The notes below the pieces were generated by a model. The model searched no databases. It worked only from the letters and a program-made list of their open reading frames with translations, and was not told the DNA's origin. A stretch of 64,000 nt of DNA, taken from the NCBI RefSeq assembly GCF_964204645.1, contig NC_134025.1, positions 14,632,001 to 14,696,000 on the forward strand. The letters run 5' to 3'. The translations under genes were made by a program, and so were the position numbers. Shown here in pieces: positions 12,511 to 24,642 of this stretch (positions are counted from its first letter, which is position 1; every line of letters starts with the position of its first letter). This DNA is from Tubulanus polymorphus. Its lineage: Eukaryota; Animalia; Nemertea.

Positions 12511-13638
12511 ATGGGTGGTAAAAAAACTCCTAATACTAAAGAACAATATTTAAGAAATTTATATTACAACCCTGAGAGTTCGTTTGCTTATTCTTCTACC
12601 AAAAATATATGGAGTAAAGTAAAACAAGATAAATTAGATAAGATAATCCCACAAAATTTAGTTAAATATAAAGATATAAATGAATTTATGTTAGAACAAC
12701 CAACATATACAACACATAAAAAAATTGTTAGAAAATATAAAACTCGTAAAACTATGGTAAGTTATGTAGATCAACAGTGGCAAGGAGATTTAATTGATAT
12801 GAAAAATGTTAAGAAAGATAATGATGATTATTGGTGGTTATTGAATATAATTGATATTTTTAGTCGTTATGTATGGAGTTTCCCACTTTATAGAAAAGAT
12901 GCTGTACAAACATCAAATGTTTTAAGAAAATTTCTTTCGGATGATAAACTAAAACCAGAAAAAATACAATTTGATGATGGAAAAGAGTTTGATAATTCAC
13001 TTGTTCATGAACTCTTAGATAATCATAATATTAAATATTTTTCAACAAAATCGGATAAAAAAGCTGCAGTTGTTGAACGATTTAATAGAACATTAAGAAC
13101 AAGAATGTGGAAATATTTTACAGCAAATAATACTTTTAAATAGATTGATGTTTTACCAAAATTGAAAGAAGGATATAATAATTCTTATCATTCTTCTATT
13201 GGAATGAAACCTATTGATGCTAGAAAACCTGAAAATGTTGAAATTGTTTGGAATAATTTATATGGAGCATTTCTTGTAGATGATTTTGGTCAACCTAAAT
13301 TTAAAGTTGGTCAAAATGTTAGAATTTCTAAGTATAAAAAGATATTTGATAAAGGATACGATCGAAATTTTACTAGAGAAATATATAAAATAAAAAAGGT
13401 AATAACAACAAAACCATATGTCTATAAATTAGAAGATTTAGATGGTGAAGAAGTTGATGGGTATTTTTATGAAGAAGAATTGAGTTTAACTACTGAAAAT
13501 CTAGAACAAGAATATAAAATTGAAAAAGTATTAAAAACAAAAACTGTTAAAAGAAAAAAATATTCTTTAGTAAAATGGGTTGGATGGCCAGATAAATTCA
13601 ATGAGTGGATATTATCAAGTAAAATTAAAAATATATAA
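12511..13638 (+). pseudogene. Retroviral-like (rve) integrase with C-terminal chromodomain; one premature stop
   Basis: DDE motifs QWQGDLIDM, QFDDGKEF, VERFNRTL; YNNSYHSSIGMKP; chromo YKIEKVL..LVKWVGWPDKFNEWI; in-frame TAG at 13141 joins the two track ORFs. Confidence 0.92.
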
Positions 13639-14247
13639 ATGAATAAGGAATTATTTATATTTGAGCCTCATAATATGTTAATTTCTGGTGTAACAAATTG
13701 TGGAAAAACTTATCTTATATTAAATTTATTATAAACTGTTTATAAAAACTATTTTGATAATATAGTATTATTTTGTCCAACATATGAATTTAATCAAACT
13801 TATGATAGAAATATTACTAGAAATAATAAATTTATTATATTAGATCCTAAAACAGTAAAAGAAAATTTAGATAATTGTATTAAAATAGCAATAGATATTT
13901 ATAAAGGATCAAATACATTATTCATTATAGATGATTGTGCAAATTTACATGATTCAAAAATTAGAGAAAGTGAGTTATGTTATTTAGCTTTTTCTGGTAG
14001 ACATTTTGGGATAACAACTTGGGTTTTAAATCAAAAATATAATTCAATTGTTAAAGACTTTAGAGAAAACATTAGATTTCTAGTTTTATTCTACAATAAA
14101 GATAGAAAATCGATGAAAAATGCACTTGAGGAAAATGATATAATTCCACATGATTTACATAATGAATATATGGATAAGTTGAAAAATATTAAAAGATCAA
14201 AATTACTATTTAGATTACAACACCCATTTAAATATGAATTTATTTAA
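13639..14247 (+). pseudogene. A32/FtsK-like genome packaging ATPase; one premature stop (not in the ORF track)
   Basis: Manual translation: Walker A ISGVTNCGKT, Walker B LFIIDDC, SGRHFG, LNQKY; TAA at 13732; ends TAA 14245-14247. Confidence 0.88.
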
Positions 14248-14522
14248 ATTCAACTAGCTTGTTAATCTAGTTGAATTCTAGTTACATTCTAGTTGAATTC
14301 TAGTTATTGGTAGTTGGAACAAAAATCAACTAGATTTAACAATATTTTAACTAGCTTGTTAATCTAGTTTAATTTTAGTTACATTCTAGTTGAATTCTAG
14401 TTGTTAGTAGTTGGAACAAAAATCAACTAGATTTAACAAGAAATAAACAAAAACAACAATATTTCAACTAGCTTGTTAATCTAGATGAATTCTAGTTACA
14501 TTCTAGTTGAATTCTAGTTGCA
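14248..14522. repeat. About three copies of a ~100-bp CTAG-rich unit with internal dyads
   Basis: Repeated caactagcttgttaatctagttgaattctagttacattctagttgaattctag; CAACTAG/CTAGTTG are reverse complements. Confidence 0.85.
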
Positions 14523-14551
14523 ACAACACAACTAATTTATTTGTTATATAA

Positions 14552-15147
14552 ATGGGAGGTGAAAAGAAAATAAAATCTAAAAATGGTGATGTTCCAATTG
14601 AAAAAACTTTAGATGATTTAGGAATAACAGAAACAAAATTAACTCCAGATGATGGTGCTTTAAATAATGTTACAACAAATAATAATTATGAATATTATCT
14701 TTATTGTAAACATCAATTAGAAATATTAATAGCATCTGGAAAATTTAAAAATTTTGTCGGTAAAAATTTAACTTATAATGAATTAGATACAATGAAATTA
14801 TTAGATTATTTAAGATTTATGAAGCCGCGAGAACAGCTAGAATTAATGACGCGATATCAGAAAATGTAGTAAAAGGTTATAGTAAATTTTGTAATTATAT
14901 ACTACCAATTGAAGATGAAAATAGATTATATTCCGATTTAAAAAATGACTATTTAGTTATGACTGAATTAAATAAATGGATTGGATATTTATCATTTCAA
15001 TTAGGCGGATTTATGACATTATTATCAACTGGAGTTATAACATTTTCAAATATTGAAAGTAAAAATATTTCTATAATAAATGAGCGAGGTGGAAGAAGTG
15101 AAGGAATTAACTGTGAAGAAAAAACCGAGATCACAGAAACAAATTGA
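14552..15147 (+). pseudogene. Hypothetical Polinton protein split by a frameshift near 14795
   Basis: ORF 14552 continues in the frame of ORF 14959 (LFKIYEAARTARINDAISENVVKGY..DLKNDYLVMTELNKW). Confidence 0.55.
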
Positions 15148-15454
15148 ATGGTCTCGGCAATTAGGAATTAAATCACAAGAATATAAATAAGCTGTAAAAG
15201 AAAAAATAAGTAATAAAAATGTTAATAAAAATAGTGAAAATATTGTTATTTCTACTCCTTCTGATAATAGAATATTTGATAAATATTTATATTTTACAGT
15301 TGGATTTGTAATTGTATTCATTTTGATTGGGTGTAATTGGTATAAGAAATCAAATAAAATTCATGATATTAATAATTCTGAAACAACTGTTATCAAAAAT
15401 GAAAATACTTCTGAAATTCCAAAATTGACAATAAAAAATGGATTAGTATTTTAG
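15080..15454 (+). pseudogene. Single-TM protein with one premature stop (not in the ORF track)
   Basis: ATAAATG start; MSEVEE..KKPRSQKQIEWSRQLG..YK*..YLYFTVGFVIVFILIG..GLVF*. Confidence 0.55.
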
Positions 15455-16618
15455 AAAAAAAGCAAAAATATAATTTTTTTTAATTAATTGAATATTAATT
15501 GAATATCACCGTGTGGGTGCCATACGGCACCATCTCACTACTATTGTTTATCTATAGGAGCAGTAATTATAACTGTCCAGATAAGTCATTCCGGATTCTC
15601 GATAATAAATCCTAAAACTGAAAATAAATTCAAAGAAACGACTGGTGGAAATACTATTTCATAAACACATATATTTTATTCTACAATCATTATCGATTTC
15701 CACATTCCAAGCCGCTCCAGAGAGGAGCGGTAAGTTATGCGTGGAATGCAGGAATCAATAAAGTATAATACAACATCTGTCACTGTGTGTCATTAACAAC
15801 AGCTTAATGACGCAATTGAAATTCCGACAAACGTAATGCATTGGAAGCCTATACAGTATGGCTAAACTGCTACACGTCTCATGAGTTGAAATATCCATTA
15901 TTTCTGATTCCACATCCATCTATCTTCACTTTCTTGATTCAATGGTCTTCATTTTGTTATCTAAAAGATAAATATCTAGCGTAAAATAAAACTAACTTGA
16001 AGTTGTAGTTGTAAAATATTAATTACAGCACTTAAACATAACCATTTGTGGCGCATCTTACCAGGATAAGTTTTACATGTTTAACGTTTCCCAACGCCTT
16101 AATAACAACAAAAACAGTACTTACATTTATAACTGTAAACTCCTAAAATTGTGTTTATAGAGAGAATATCCTATACGTTCCTATGCTTATGTGCTGCGCG
16201 TTTATAACTGCCAGTTATTCACTAGCTAAACACTGTCTGGTGCAACAGATGTTCCTTCCTTTGTAATATAATTGATTAATCCTTTTCAACTGAAATAGAA
16301 CATTCGATCAATATTCAAATGAGATACACCCTATTCAACTGAATATAACGTGCGACAGATGCTTTTGTAAACAACCTAATACAATTGCATATGGGCGGTT
16401 TGACATGTGTGTGTTGTATGTACTGCGTGCTTATTATATAACTGCTAGCTATCCAATATAACAACAACGTTGCGCAACACCTGTTTGATTGATCAATATT
16501 CAAATGAAGCACTCTCTTATAATAACATGTAACAGATGTTTGACTGTATGATTGTAGTTGTTTATAAAACGACTAAGGTCATTTTGGATTCTAGATATTC
16601 ATTATTTTTATTTCTTAT

Positions 16619-16872
16619 TTAATCAACAATTTCTAAATCATGATGACCGTCTTCATTTTTTCCATGATAGATTATTTTAAATCCTTCTAAATCTTTTAAT
16701 TCCTCTGTACTCAATGAAACCCATTTATCAGGTAAAAACACTTTAAATTCTCGCGATGTACTAACATTACAGTAGCTTAAATTCGCTGATACTTTCTCTC
16801 CATATTTAGTTTTTATCTTTTCTAATTTCAATATTTTATGTTCAATTTCTTTTGTAACGTCAACTAACTTTT
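16619..16872 (-). pseudogene. Small Polinton-type protein (KTKYGEKV..KVFLP), 5'-truncated by insertion
   Basis: Frame continues upstream (KKLVDVTKEIEHKILKLEK) until the Helentron-like terminus at ~16873. Confidence 0.5.
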
Positions 16873-17990
16873 TTATTAGGGTTTTCTGTTATTTCACAGA
16901 AAACCCTATTGATATCCGCGTGATTATTAGGGTTTTCTGTTATTTCACAGAAAACCCTATTGATATCCGCGTGATTATTATTATTATTATTTTCTTCCAC
17001 ACTATTTTTACCAAAAGAACATAGGCTTTGTTACCTTACCGCTATTTCATATACAATCCATATAATATCGTTCAGCTCACTGAGATCTACAAATAGCCCG
17101 CGTGTTTTTTCACGAATCATCGTTACAAAAGCGCTGTCGGGCCGTAAACATCGACAATTTAGCCCCATTCAATGGGGCGACATGTTTTTCGAGTCGTCAT
17201 CCCGAAATCAACCCGCAGGCCGACTGTCACTTCGATTATCAATTCAAGTATAAATGAACTAATTTATTGCCGCAGACTTCAAATTCAGTCGCGGTCTTCA
17301 AACAGTGATTTTAACAATAGCCCATTTTCCTCATCAAATCATATTACCGATACACTGGAAATTTACTACTTTAGATTTTAAAAGCACTGTCGAGCCGTAA
17401 ACATCGACGAATCGACGTGTGTTACTACATCGTCGTTCCGGGGATCAGCTGCGAGTTTCTCCTCATCATGAGAATCAAATCGAGTACAAATTAATTTATA
17501 ACTACCAGTGATTTGGCTGCGGGCGTCAAGCAGTTAGTTTAGCAATACCTATTTTTCTTTACCAAATTAACCGTGTATTTACTAAGATAAATCATAAGTG
17601 TACCGGGGAGTCGTAGGCCTAAACTAAACAAGAGATATAACGGAGAAAAGCTGTTATGTCGACGAGGTATCAAAATAAAAGAATATATTACTTTATTCGG
17701 CCGCGGGCTTCAACCTCTATATCAATACCATCAATACTCTATATTTCCTACAGTACATACCGATCATTGTCAAATGCACAAGGTATTTACTAAATACAAG
17801 TATATAACACACTCCTATCCGTATGCTGGACTCACACTTGACATTCGGAGTAAGCGTTCGCTGTGGGGGAAAGGGATCGTTCGCTGTGTCGCTTGAAGTG
17901 TTTATCGAGTTTTACGCGACCTTAAGGCTTAAGTATGGTGGCTGATCAAAATGATGACAAAATCAAAATCATTGTTTTCTCGCGTTATTT
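16873..17990 (+). mobile_element. Non-autonomous Helentron-like element family A, 5' part
   Basis: T-tract, duplicated TATTAGGGTTTTCTG..CAGAAAACCCTATTG inverted module and (ATT)n, then ~1 kb shared with 17990-19010 (-) and 38719-39835 (+). Confidence 0.65.
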
Positions 17991-19010
17991 TTTTGTTGTT
18001 GTTTTGTCGTAATGTCGCCCTCATTTGCATATTCGTGTTTTTTTATCTTATCAGCCACCAACTAAAGCCTTAAGGTCGCGTAAAACTCGATAAACACTTC
18101 AAGCGACCCAGCGAACGATCTCCTTTCCCCCACAGCGAACGCTTACTCCGAATGTCAAGTGTGAGTCCAGCATACGGATAGGAGTGTGTTATATACTTGT
18201 ATTTAGTAAATACCTTGTGCATTTGACAATGATCGGTATGTACTGTAGGAAATATAGAGTATTGATAAATGGTTGAAGCCCGCGGCCGAATAAAGTAATA
18301 TATTCTTTTATTTTGATACCTCGTCGACATAACAGCTTTTCTCCGCCATATCTCTTCGGCCTGTTTAGTTTAGGCCAACGATTCCCCGGTACACTAAAGA
18401 TTTATCTTAGTAAATACACGGTTAATTCGGTAATGAAAAATAGGTATTGTTAAACTAACTCCTTGAAACCCGCAGCCAAATCACTGGTAGTAATAAATTA
18501 ATTTGTACTCGATTTGATTCTCATGATGATGAGAAACTCGCAGCTCATCCCCGGAACGTCGATGTAGTAACACACGTCGATTCGTCGATGTTTACGGCTC
18601 GACAGTGGTTTTAAAATCTAAAGTAGTAAATTTCCAGTGTATCGGTAATATGATTTGATGAGGAAAATGGGCTATTGTTAAAATCACTGTTTGAAGACCG
18701 CGACTGAATGTGAAGTCTGCGGCAATGAATTAGTTCATTTATAATTGAATTGATAATCGAAGTGACAGTCGGCCTGCGGGTTGATTTCGGGATGACGACT
18801 CGAAAAACATGTCGCCCCATTTAATGGGGCTAAATTTTCGATGTTTACAGCCCGACAGCGCTTTTGTAACGATGATTCGTGAAAAAACACGCGGGCTATT
18901 TGTAGATCTCAGTGAGCTGAACGATATTATATGGATTGTATATGAAACAGCGGTAAGGTAACAAAGCCTATGTTCTTTTGGTAAAAATAGTGTGGAAGAA
19001 AATAATAATT
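17990..19010 (-). mobile_element. Helentron-like family A, 5' part, inverted copy
   Basis: Reverse complement of ~16977-17945; near-identical conceptual ORFs (MGRHVFR..) on opposite strands. Confidence 0.7.
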
Positions 19011-19069
19011 ATAAATATAGCTGCAAAGCAGCGATAACGGGTTTTCTGCACAGTCTTAGAATTCTGTTC

Positions 19070-19310
19070 AACGGTGGATTTCAACAAAGCATTTGATAAC
19101 GCTCAACATCAGCCATTACTAAACAGGCTATTAGGAAACAGTATCAATGATAGGTCGCCCAAATGGCTCAGCAGTTATCCCTGAACGGAAACTTGTAACC
19201 GAAATCAACGGAACGCCTCATCTTGGAATGAGACGGTCTAACTAGTGGAGTCACGCAAGGTAGTATCCTAAGTCGTCTTCTGTTTAATGTCCCGACAAAT
19301 GACATACACA
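19070..19310 (+). pseudogene. Non-LTR (CR1/L2-like) reverse transcriptase fragment embedded in the family A 3' end; also at ~23615-23850 (+), ~35280-35520 (-), ~38425-38660 (-)
   Basis: Translates (with shifts) as DFNKAFD..HQPLLNRL..KWLSSY..INGT..TSGVTQGSILSRLLFNV..ND, matching DFxKAFD and SGVPQGSxLGPLLF. Confidence 0.75.
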
Positions 19311-19394
19311 GTAATCCAAAATATACCAGACCGAGTAAATTTCCAAAACGACCTTAACACACTGTTCGACCAAAAAACTTAATGTTCCGACAAA

Positions 19395-22300
19395 ACCACG
19401 GGTGACAAAACCAAAATTATGAATTGTCGCGGGTGACAAAACCAAAATATTGAATTGTCACGGGCGACAAAACAAAAATAATGAATTGTCGGGGGCGATA
19501 AAACCAAAATATTGAATCGTCGCGGGCGATAAAACCAAAATAATGAATTGTCGCGGACGACAAAAACAAAATATTGAATTGTTGCGTGCGACAAAACCAA
19601 AATAATGAATTGTCGCGGGCAACAAAACCAAACTAGGGGTCCAGGGACACCATGCTCACTTGGGAAGTGGTTTCAAATGCTCAACAATCTAACAATTTCA
19701 ATACATAACGCCCTCTATTGACCATATACAAAAACCAATGACCTTGAAACCCACCGCAATCATAGAACATGTGAGCAGCTATGATTTTGTAATCGATTGT
19801 GATAACAAAATATGCCTCGTTACCAATTTAATATGGAAATACTAAGTTATTCTACTATTCAACGCCCCCTGGTGACCATATGCAAAACCCAATGACCTTA
19901 AAACTCACCACAATCGTAGTACATGTCATGAAATACAACTTTGCAATCGATCATAGTAACAAAATATGCCTAGGTACCAATCTAATAAGTAAATACTAAG
20001 CCATTCTACTATTCAACGCCCCCTGGTGACTATATGGAATAACTAATGTCCTTAAAAACTCACCACAATCATAGACGATGTCATGAACTACAACTTTGCA
20101 ATCGATCATGGTAACAAAATATGCCTTGGTACAAATATAGCAATACTAAGTTATTGTATTATTCAACGCCCCCTGGTGGCCACATACAAAAACCAATGAC
20201 CTTGAAACTCACCAAAATCATAGAACACGTTATGGGCTACAACTTTCCAATTGAATATAGTAACACAATATGCTAAGGTATCAATTTAATGTGGAAAAAT
20301 TTTTTCCCACCTACGAATGAGTACTGATGACACCAAGATGGCCGCCAATTGCGTCATAATTGGCTGATCAAAGATACCTGTCCCAGGTATAAAACATCCC
20401 TCTCTAAAGAATACCCATCAGCAATTGCAACGAGAAATGGCAAACCAGTAGGCAGCTACGTGACCTAGAATTCTGGCCAAAATTGACATTTTGGGCACTA
20501 AAAAGGTCATAGGACGGCCATCTTGAGTCAGATCGACCCAATTTTCTTATGCTGATGGGCCTTTGGTAGATTCAAATATAAACGAAAGATCAAGGTAATT
20601 GATCAAAGCGTCTTCAAAATTTCCCACGAAAATTTCGAAAATGTTTAAAAAGTGCTGATTTTGGCAAACAACAATGGCTGCCAGTCGGCCATCTTGAATC
20701 TGACAGAGACAGTTTTTGGGCTGGCGATGTGTCTAGGGTAGATACATGTATAAACCAAATATCAAGACATTACCTTGAAGCGTCTTCAAAACTTCCCAAA
20801 ATAACTGGATTCTGTCTATGGACGGACAGACGGACGAAAAGTGAACGCAATAGCCCACTGGGACTAAAGTCCCAAGTGGACTGAAAAATAATTGTTGCGG
20901 GCGACAAAACCAAACTAATGAATTGTCGCGGGCGACAAAACCAAACTAATGAATTGTCGCGGGCGATAAAACAAAACTAATGAATTGTCGCGGGCGATAA
21001 AACAAAAATATTGAATTGTCGCGGGCAATAAAACCAAAATAATGAATTGTCTCGGGCGACAAAAACAAAATATTGAATCGTCGTGAGCGACAAAATCAAA
21101 ATAATGAATCGTCGCGGGCGACAAAACCAAAATAATGAATTGTCGCGGGCGATAAAACCAAAATAATGAATGGTCTCGGGCGACAAAACCAAAATAATGA
21201 ATTGTCGCGGGCGATAAAAAGAAAGTATTGAATTGTCGCGGGCGATAAAACCAAAATAATGAATTGTCGCGGGCGACAAAACCAAAATTATTGTTTTCTC
21301 GCGGGCGACAAAACCAAAAAAAAAATTGGCGCGGGCGATAAAAACAAAATATAAAACCAAAAAAATGAATTGTCGTGGGCGATAAAACCAAAATATTGAA
21401 TTGTAGCGGGCGATAAAACCAAAATAATGAATTGTTGCGGGCGATAAAACCAAAATATTGAATTGTCGCGGGCGATTAAACCAAAATAATGAATTGTCTC
21501 AGGCGACAAAACCAAAATAATGAATTGTCGCGGGCGATAAAACCAAAATAATGAATTATCGCGGGCGATAAAACCAAAATATTGAATTGTCGCGGGCGAT
21601 AAAACCAAAATTATTGTTTTCTCGTGGGCGACAAAACCAAAAAAAAATTGGCGCGGGCAATAAAAACAAAATATAAAACCAAAAAAATGAATTGTCGTGG
21701 GCGATAAAACCAAAATATTGAATTGTCGCAGGCGATAAAACCAAAATAATGAATTGTTGCGGGCGATAAAACCAAAATATTGAATTGTCGCGGGCGATTA
21801 AACCAAAATAATGAATTGTCTCAGGCGACAAAACCAAAATAATGAATTGTCGCGGGCGATAAAACCAAAATATTGAATTGTCGCGGGCGATAAAACAAAA
21901 ATAATGAATTATCGCGGGCGACAAAACCAAAATATTGAATTGGCGCGGGCGACTAAACCAAAATATTGAATTGTTGCGGGCGACAAAACCAAAAAAAGAA
22001 TTGTCGGGGCGACAAAACAAAAATAATGAATTGGTGAATTGTCACGGGCGACAAAACCAAAATGGTTAATTGTCACGGGCGACAAAACCAAAAAGGTGAA
22101 TTGTCGCGGGCGAAAAAACCAAATGGTGAATTGTCGCGGGTGACAAAACCAAAATAATGAATTGTCGCGGGCGATAAACCGTAATAATGAATTGTCGCGG
22201 GCGATTAAACCAAAATAATGAATTGTCTCAGGCGACAAAACCAAAATAATGAATAATCGCCTGCGATAAAACAAAAATATTGAATTGTCGCAGGCGATAA

Positions 22301-22757
22301 AACCAAAAAAGAAAATTGTCGCGGGCGACAAAACCAAAATAATGAATTGTCGGTGGCGATAAAACCAAAGTAATGAATTGTCGCAGGCGATAAAACCAAA
22401 ATATTGAATTTTCGCGGGCGACAAAACCAAACTAATGAATCGTTGCGGGCGACAAAACCAAAATAATGAATCGTCTCGGGCGACAAAAACAAGATATTGA
22501 ATCGTCGCGGGCGACAAAATCAAAATAATGAATTGTCGCGGGCGACAAAACCAAAATAATGAATTGACGCGGGCGATAAAACCAAAATAATGAATGGTCT
22601 CGGGCGACAAAACCAAACTAATGAATTGTCGCGGGCGATAAAAACAAAATATTGAATTGTCGCGGGCGATAAAACCAAAATAATGAATTATCGCGGGCGA
22701 TAAAACCAAAATATTGAATTGTCGCGGGCGATAAAACCAAAATATTGAATTGTCGCG
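19395..22757. repeat. 31-bp tandem satellite array (interrupted by family B at 19631-20888)
   Basis: Unit aaaaccaaaataatgaattgtcgcgggcgat repeated directly. Confidence 0.95.
19631..20888 (-). mobile_element. Non-autonomous Helentron-like element family B with ~150-bp internal tandem repeats
   Basis: 5' T-tract, CCACTTGGGAC..GTCCCAG inverted repeat and (GTCC/GTCT)n; 3' CCCAAGTG plus GGTGTC..GGACCC hairpin and CTAGTTT; caacgccccctggtg recurs every ~150 bp. Confidence 0.7.
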
Positions 22758-23552
22758 GAATGATGCAATCGTGAGTTGAAATAATACCTGAAAAAATCGA
22801 TGCACAGACATTTACTTTATATATCTACTTGAACAATCGAGCCTACTCAGTAATATACTCAGTTTTTACGAAACCTGGAGTTTTTGTTTCAGAGAAATTT
22901 GAGTATCAGTATCCGATGCTATATACTAACGTTAACGTTAGTTATTATCGCTCCGTCATGCTAAGTTAAACATTTCATGTCAACCAGTATCTACAGGCAG
23001 CTGTACAGTGTGTACACACTATATCTGAATACGAGGCTGGAATAACAGGCTCACTTCACGTAGGTTCATGATGAGGAGAAACTCGCAGCTGATCCCCGGA
23101 ACGACGATGTAGTAACACACGTCGATTCGTCGTGTTTACGGCTCGACAGTGCTTTTAAAATCTAAAGTAGTAAATTTCCTCTATATCGGTAATACGATTT
23201 GATGAGGAAAATGGGCTATTGTTTAAATTAGTTTTTAAAAACCGCGACAGAATGTGCAATCTTTGGGTAATAAATTTGTTAATTTATGCTTGAATTGATA
23301 ATTGATGTGACAGAAAACGTGCGGTAGATTTCGGAAAGGGGACTTAGAAAAACATGTCGGCTCTTTGAATGGGGCTCAATTTTCGATGTTTACGGCCCGA
23401 CAGTGCTTTTGTAACGATGATTCTTCAAAATACGCACGGGTTATTTGTAGATCGAAGTGAGCTGAATGATATCAGACGGATTGTATCGACAACAGCGTCA
23501 AGGTAACAAAGCCTTTGTTCTTTTAGTAAAAATAGTGTGGAAGAAAATAATA

Positions 23553-24450
23553 ATAAATATAGCTGCAAAGCAGCGATAACGGGTTTTCTGCACATTCTTA
23601 GAATCCTGTTCAACAGTGGATTTCGACGAAGCATTTGATAAGGCACAACATCAGCCATTACTAAACAGGTTATTAGGAAACAGTATCAATGATAGGTCGC
23701 CAAAATGGCTCAGCAGTTATCTCTGAACGAAAACTTGTAGCCGAAATCAACGGAACGCCTCATCTTGGAATAAGTCGGTCAAACTAGTGGAGTCACGCAA
23801 GGTAGTATCCTAAGTTGTCTTCTGTTTATTGTCCTGACAAATGACATACACAGTAATCCAACATATACCAGACCGAGTGAATTTCCAAATCGACCTTAAC
23901 ACGCTGTTCGACCAAAAAACTTAATGTTCCAACAAGAAAATCTTGTTCGAATGAAAATCATTCTGTTTGATCGAACAATACGCTTTTTGCTTGAACCAAA
24001 AATTTTCTTCATTCTGACAAAAAATGTGTTCGAATAAAAAGCTATGTTATTGTTGAAATGAAAAATTTTTAGGCCCGGCAAAAAAATTTGGTTGAGCGAA
24101 AACAATTTTTTCGAACGAATGTTTGAATGAAAACAATTCTGTTTGATTGAACGAAATACTTAATACTTTCGGTTCGGAGAAAAAACTGTTTTCAATATAC
24201 TTGTTCGAACGAAAAACTTAATGTTCTGACAAGAAAATTCTGTTCAAATTAAAACGATTCTGTTCAATTGAACGATTGTTCGAACGAAAAACCTTTCGTT
24301 TGGACAAAAAAAAGTTTGTTCAACTTTGTTCTTACGATTTTTTCAAATTGGTTCAATCGTATAGAATATTATTGGTTCGAACGAAATAAATTTTGTTCCG
24401 ACGAAAGAATTTTCAAGCGAAAGGTCTTTTGAACGAAAAAAAAAGATATT
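23553..24450 (-). mobile_element. Family A 3' end followed by a different degenerate internal repeat (ttcgaacgaaaaa-rich)
   Basis: Same terminal hairpin and RT fragment as 19013-19395; adjacent sequence matches the reverse complement of 38257-38350. Confidence 0.55.
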
Positions 24451-24642
24451 TCCGGTGCTCCGCATTAACTTAAAGCCGGACGTAGGTAGGTCTTGTGACA
24501 CGATACGATCCTCGCGTTGCATCGCAAGTTTCGGTGCAAGTCGGTTGCAATACGATTGTGTGCGACTAGTTTCTGCCAGTCGCAAGAGCGCGTCGGTTGG
24601 TTGTGACAGTCGTGTTGCGTTGCAGAAAGTAGAACACGTACG

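Larger units (their letters stand above)
1..16872 (+). mobile_element. Endogenous Polinton/Maverick (adintovirus-like) element, degenerate; left end outside the window, right end truncated by a Helentron-like insertion
   Basis: Very AT-rich, intronless, tightly packed gene cluster with pPolB, rve integrase, A32/FtsK-like ATPase and major/minor capsid-like genes. No terminal inverted repeat seen. Confidence 0.93.
19013..23550 (-). mobile_element. Near-complete family A copy: 5' region, 31-bp satellite, nested family B copy, 3' end with hairpin
   Basis: 3' end reads CAGAAAACCCGTTATCGCTGCTTTGCAGCTATATTT on the minus strand; the 5' region at 23065-23550 is homologous to ~16977-17470. Confidence 0.6.

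Noticed and set aside
2270-15190. In-frame stops as an alternative genetic code or programmed readthrough
   Set aside because: TAA, TAG and TGA all occur, appear to replace different residues (L, E, W by motif context) and co-occur with frameshifts; this fits neutral decay.
17172-18820. Repeated short ORFs (MGRHVFR.., MSTRYQN..) as genes
   Set aside because: They recur only because the non-coding element is duplicated; no recognisable motifs.
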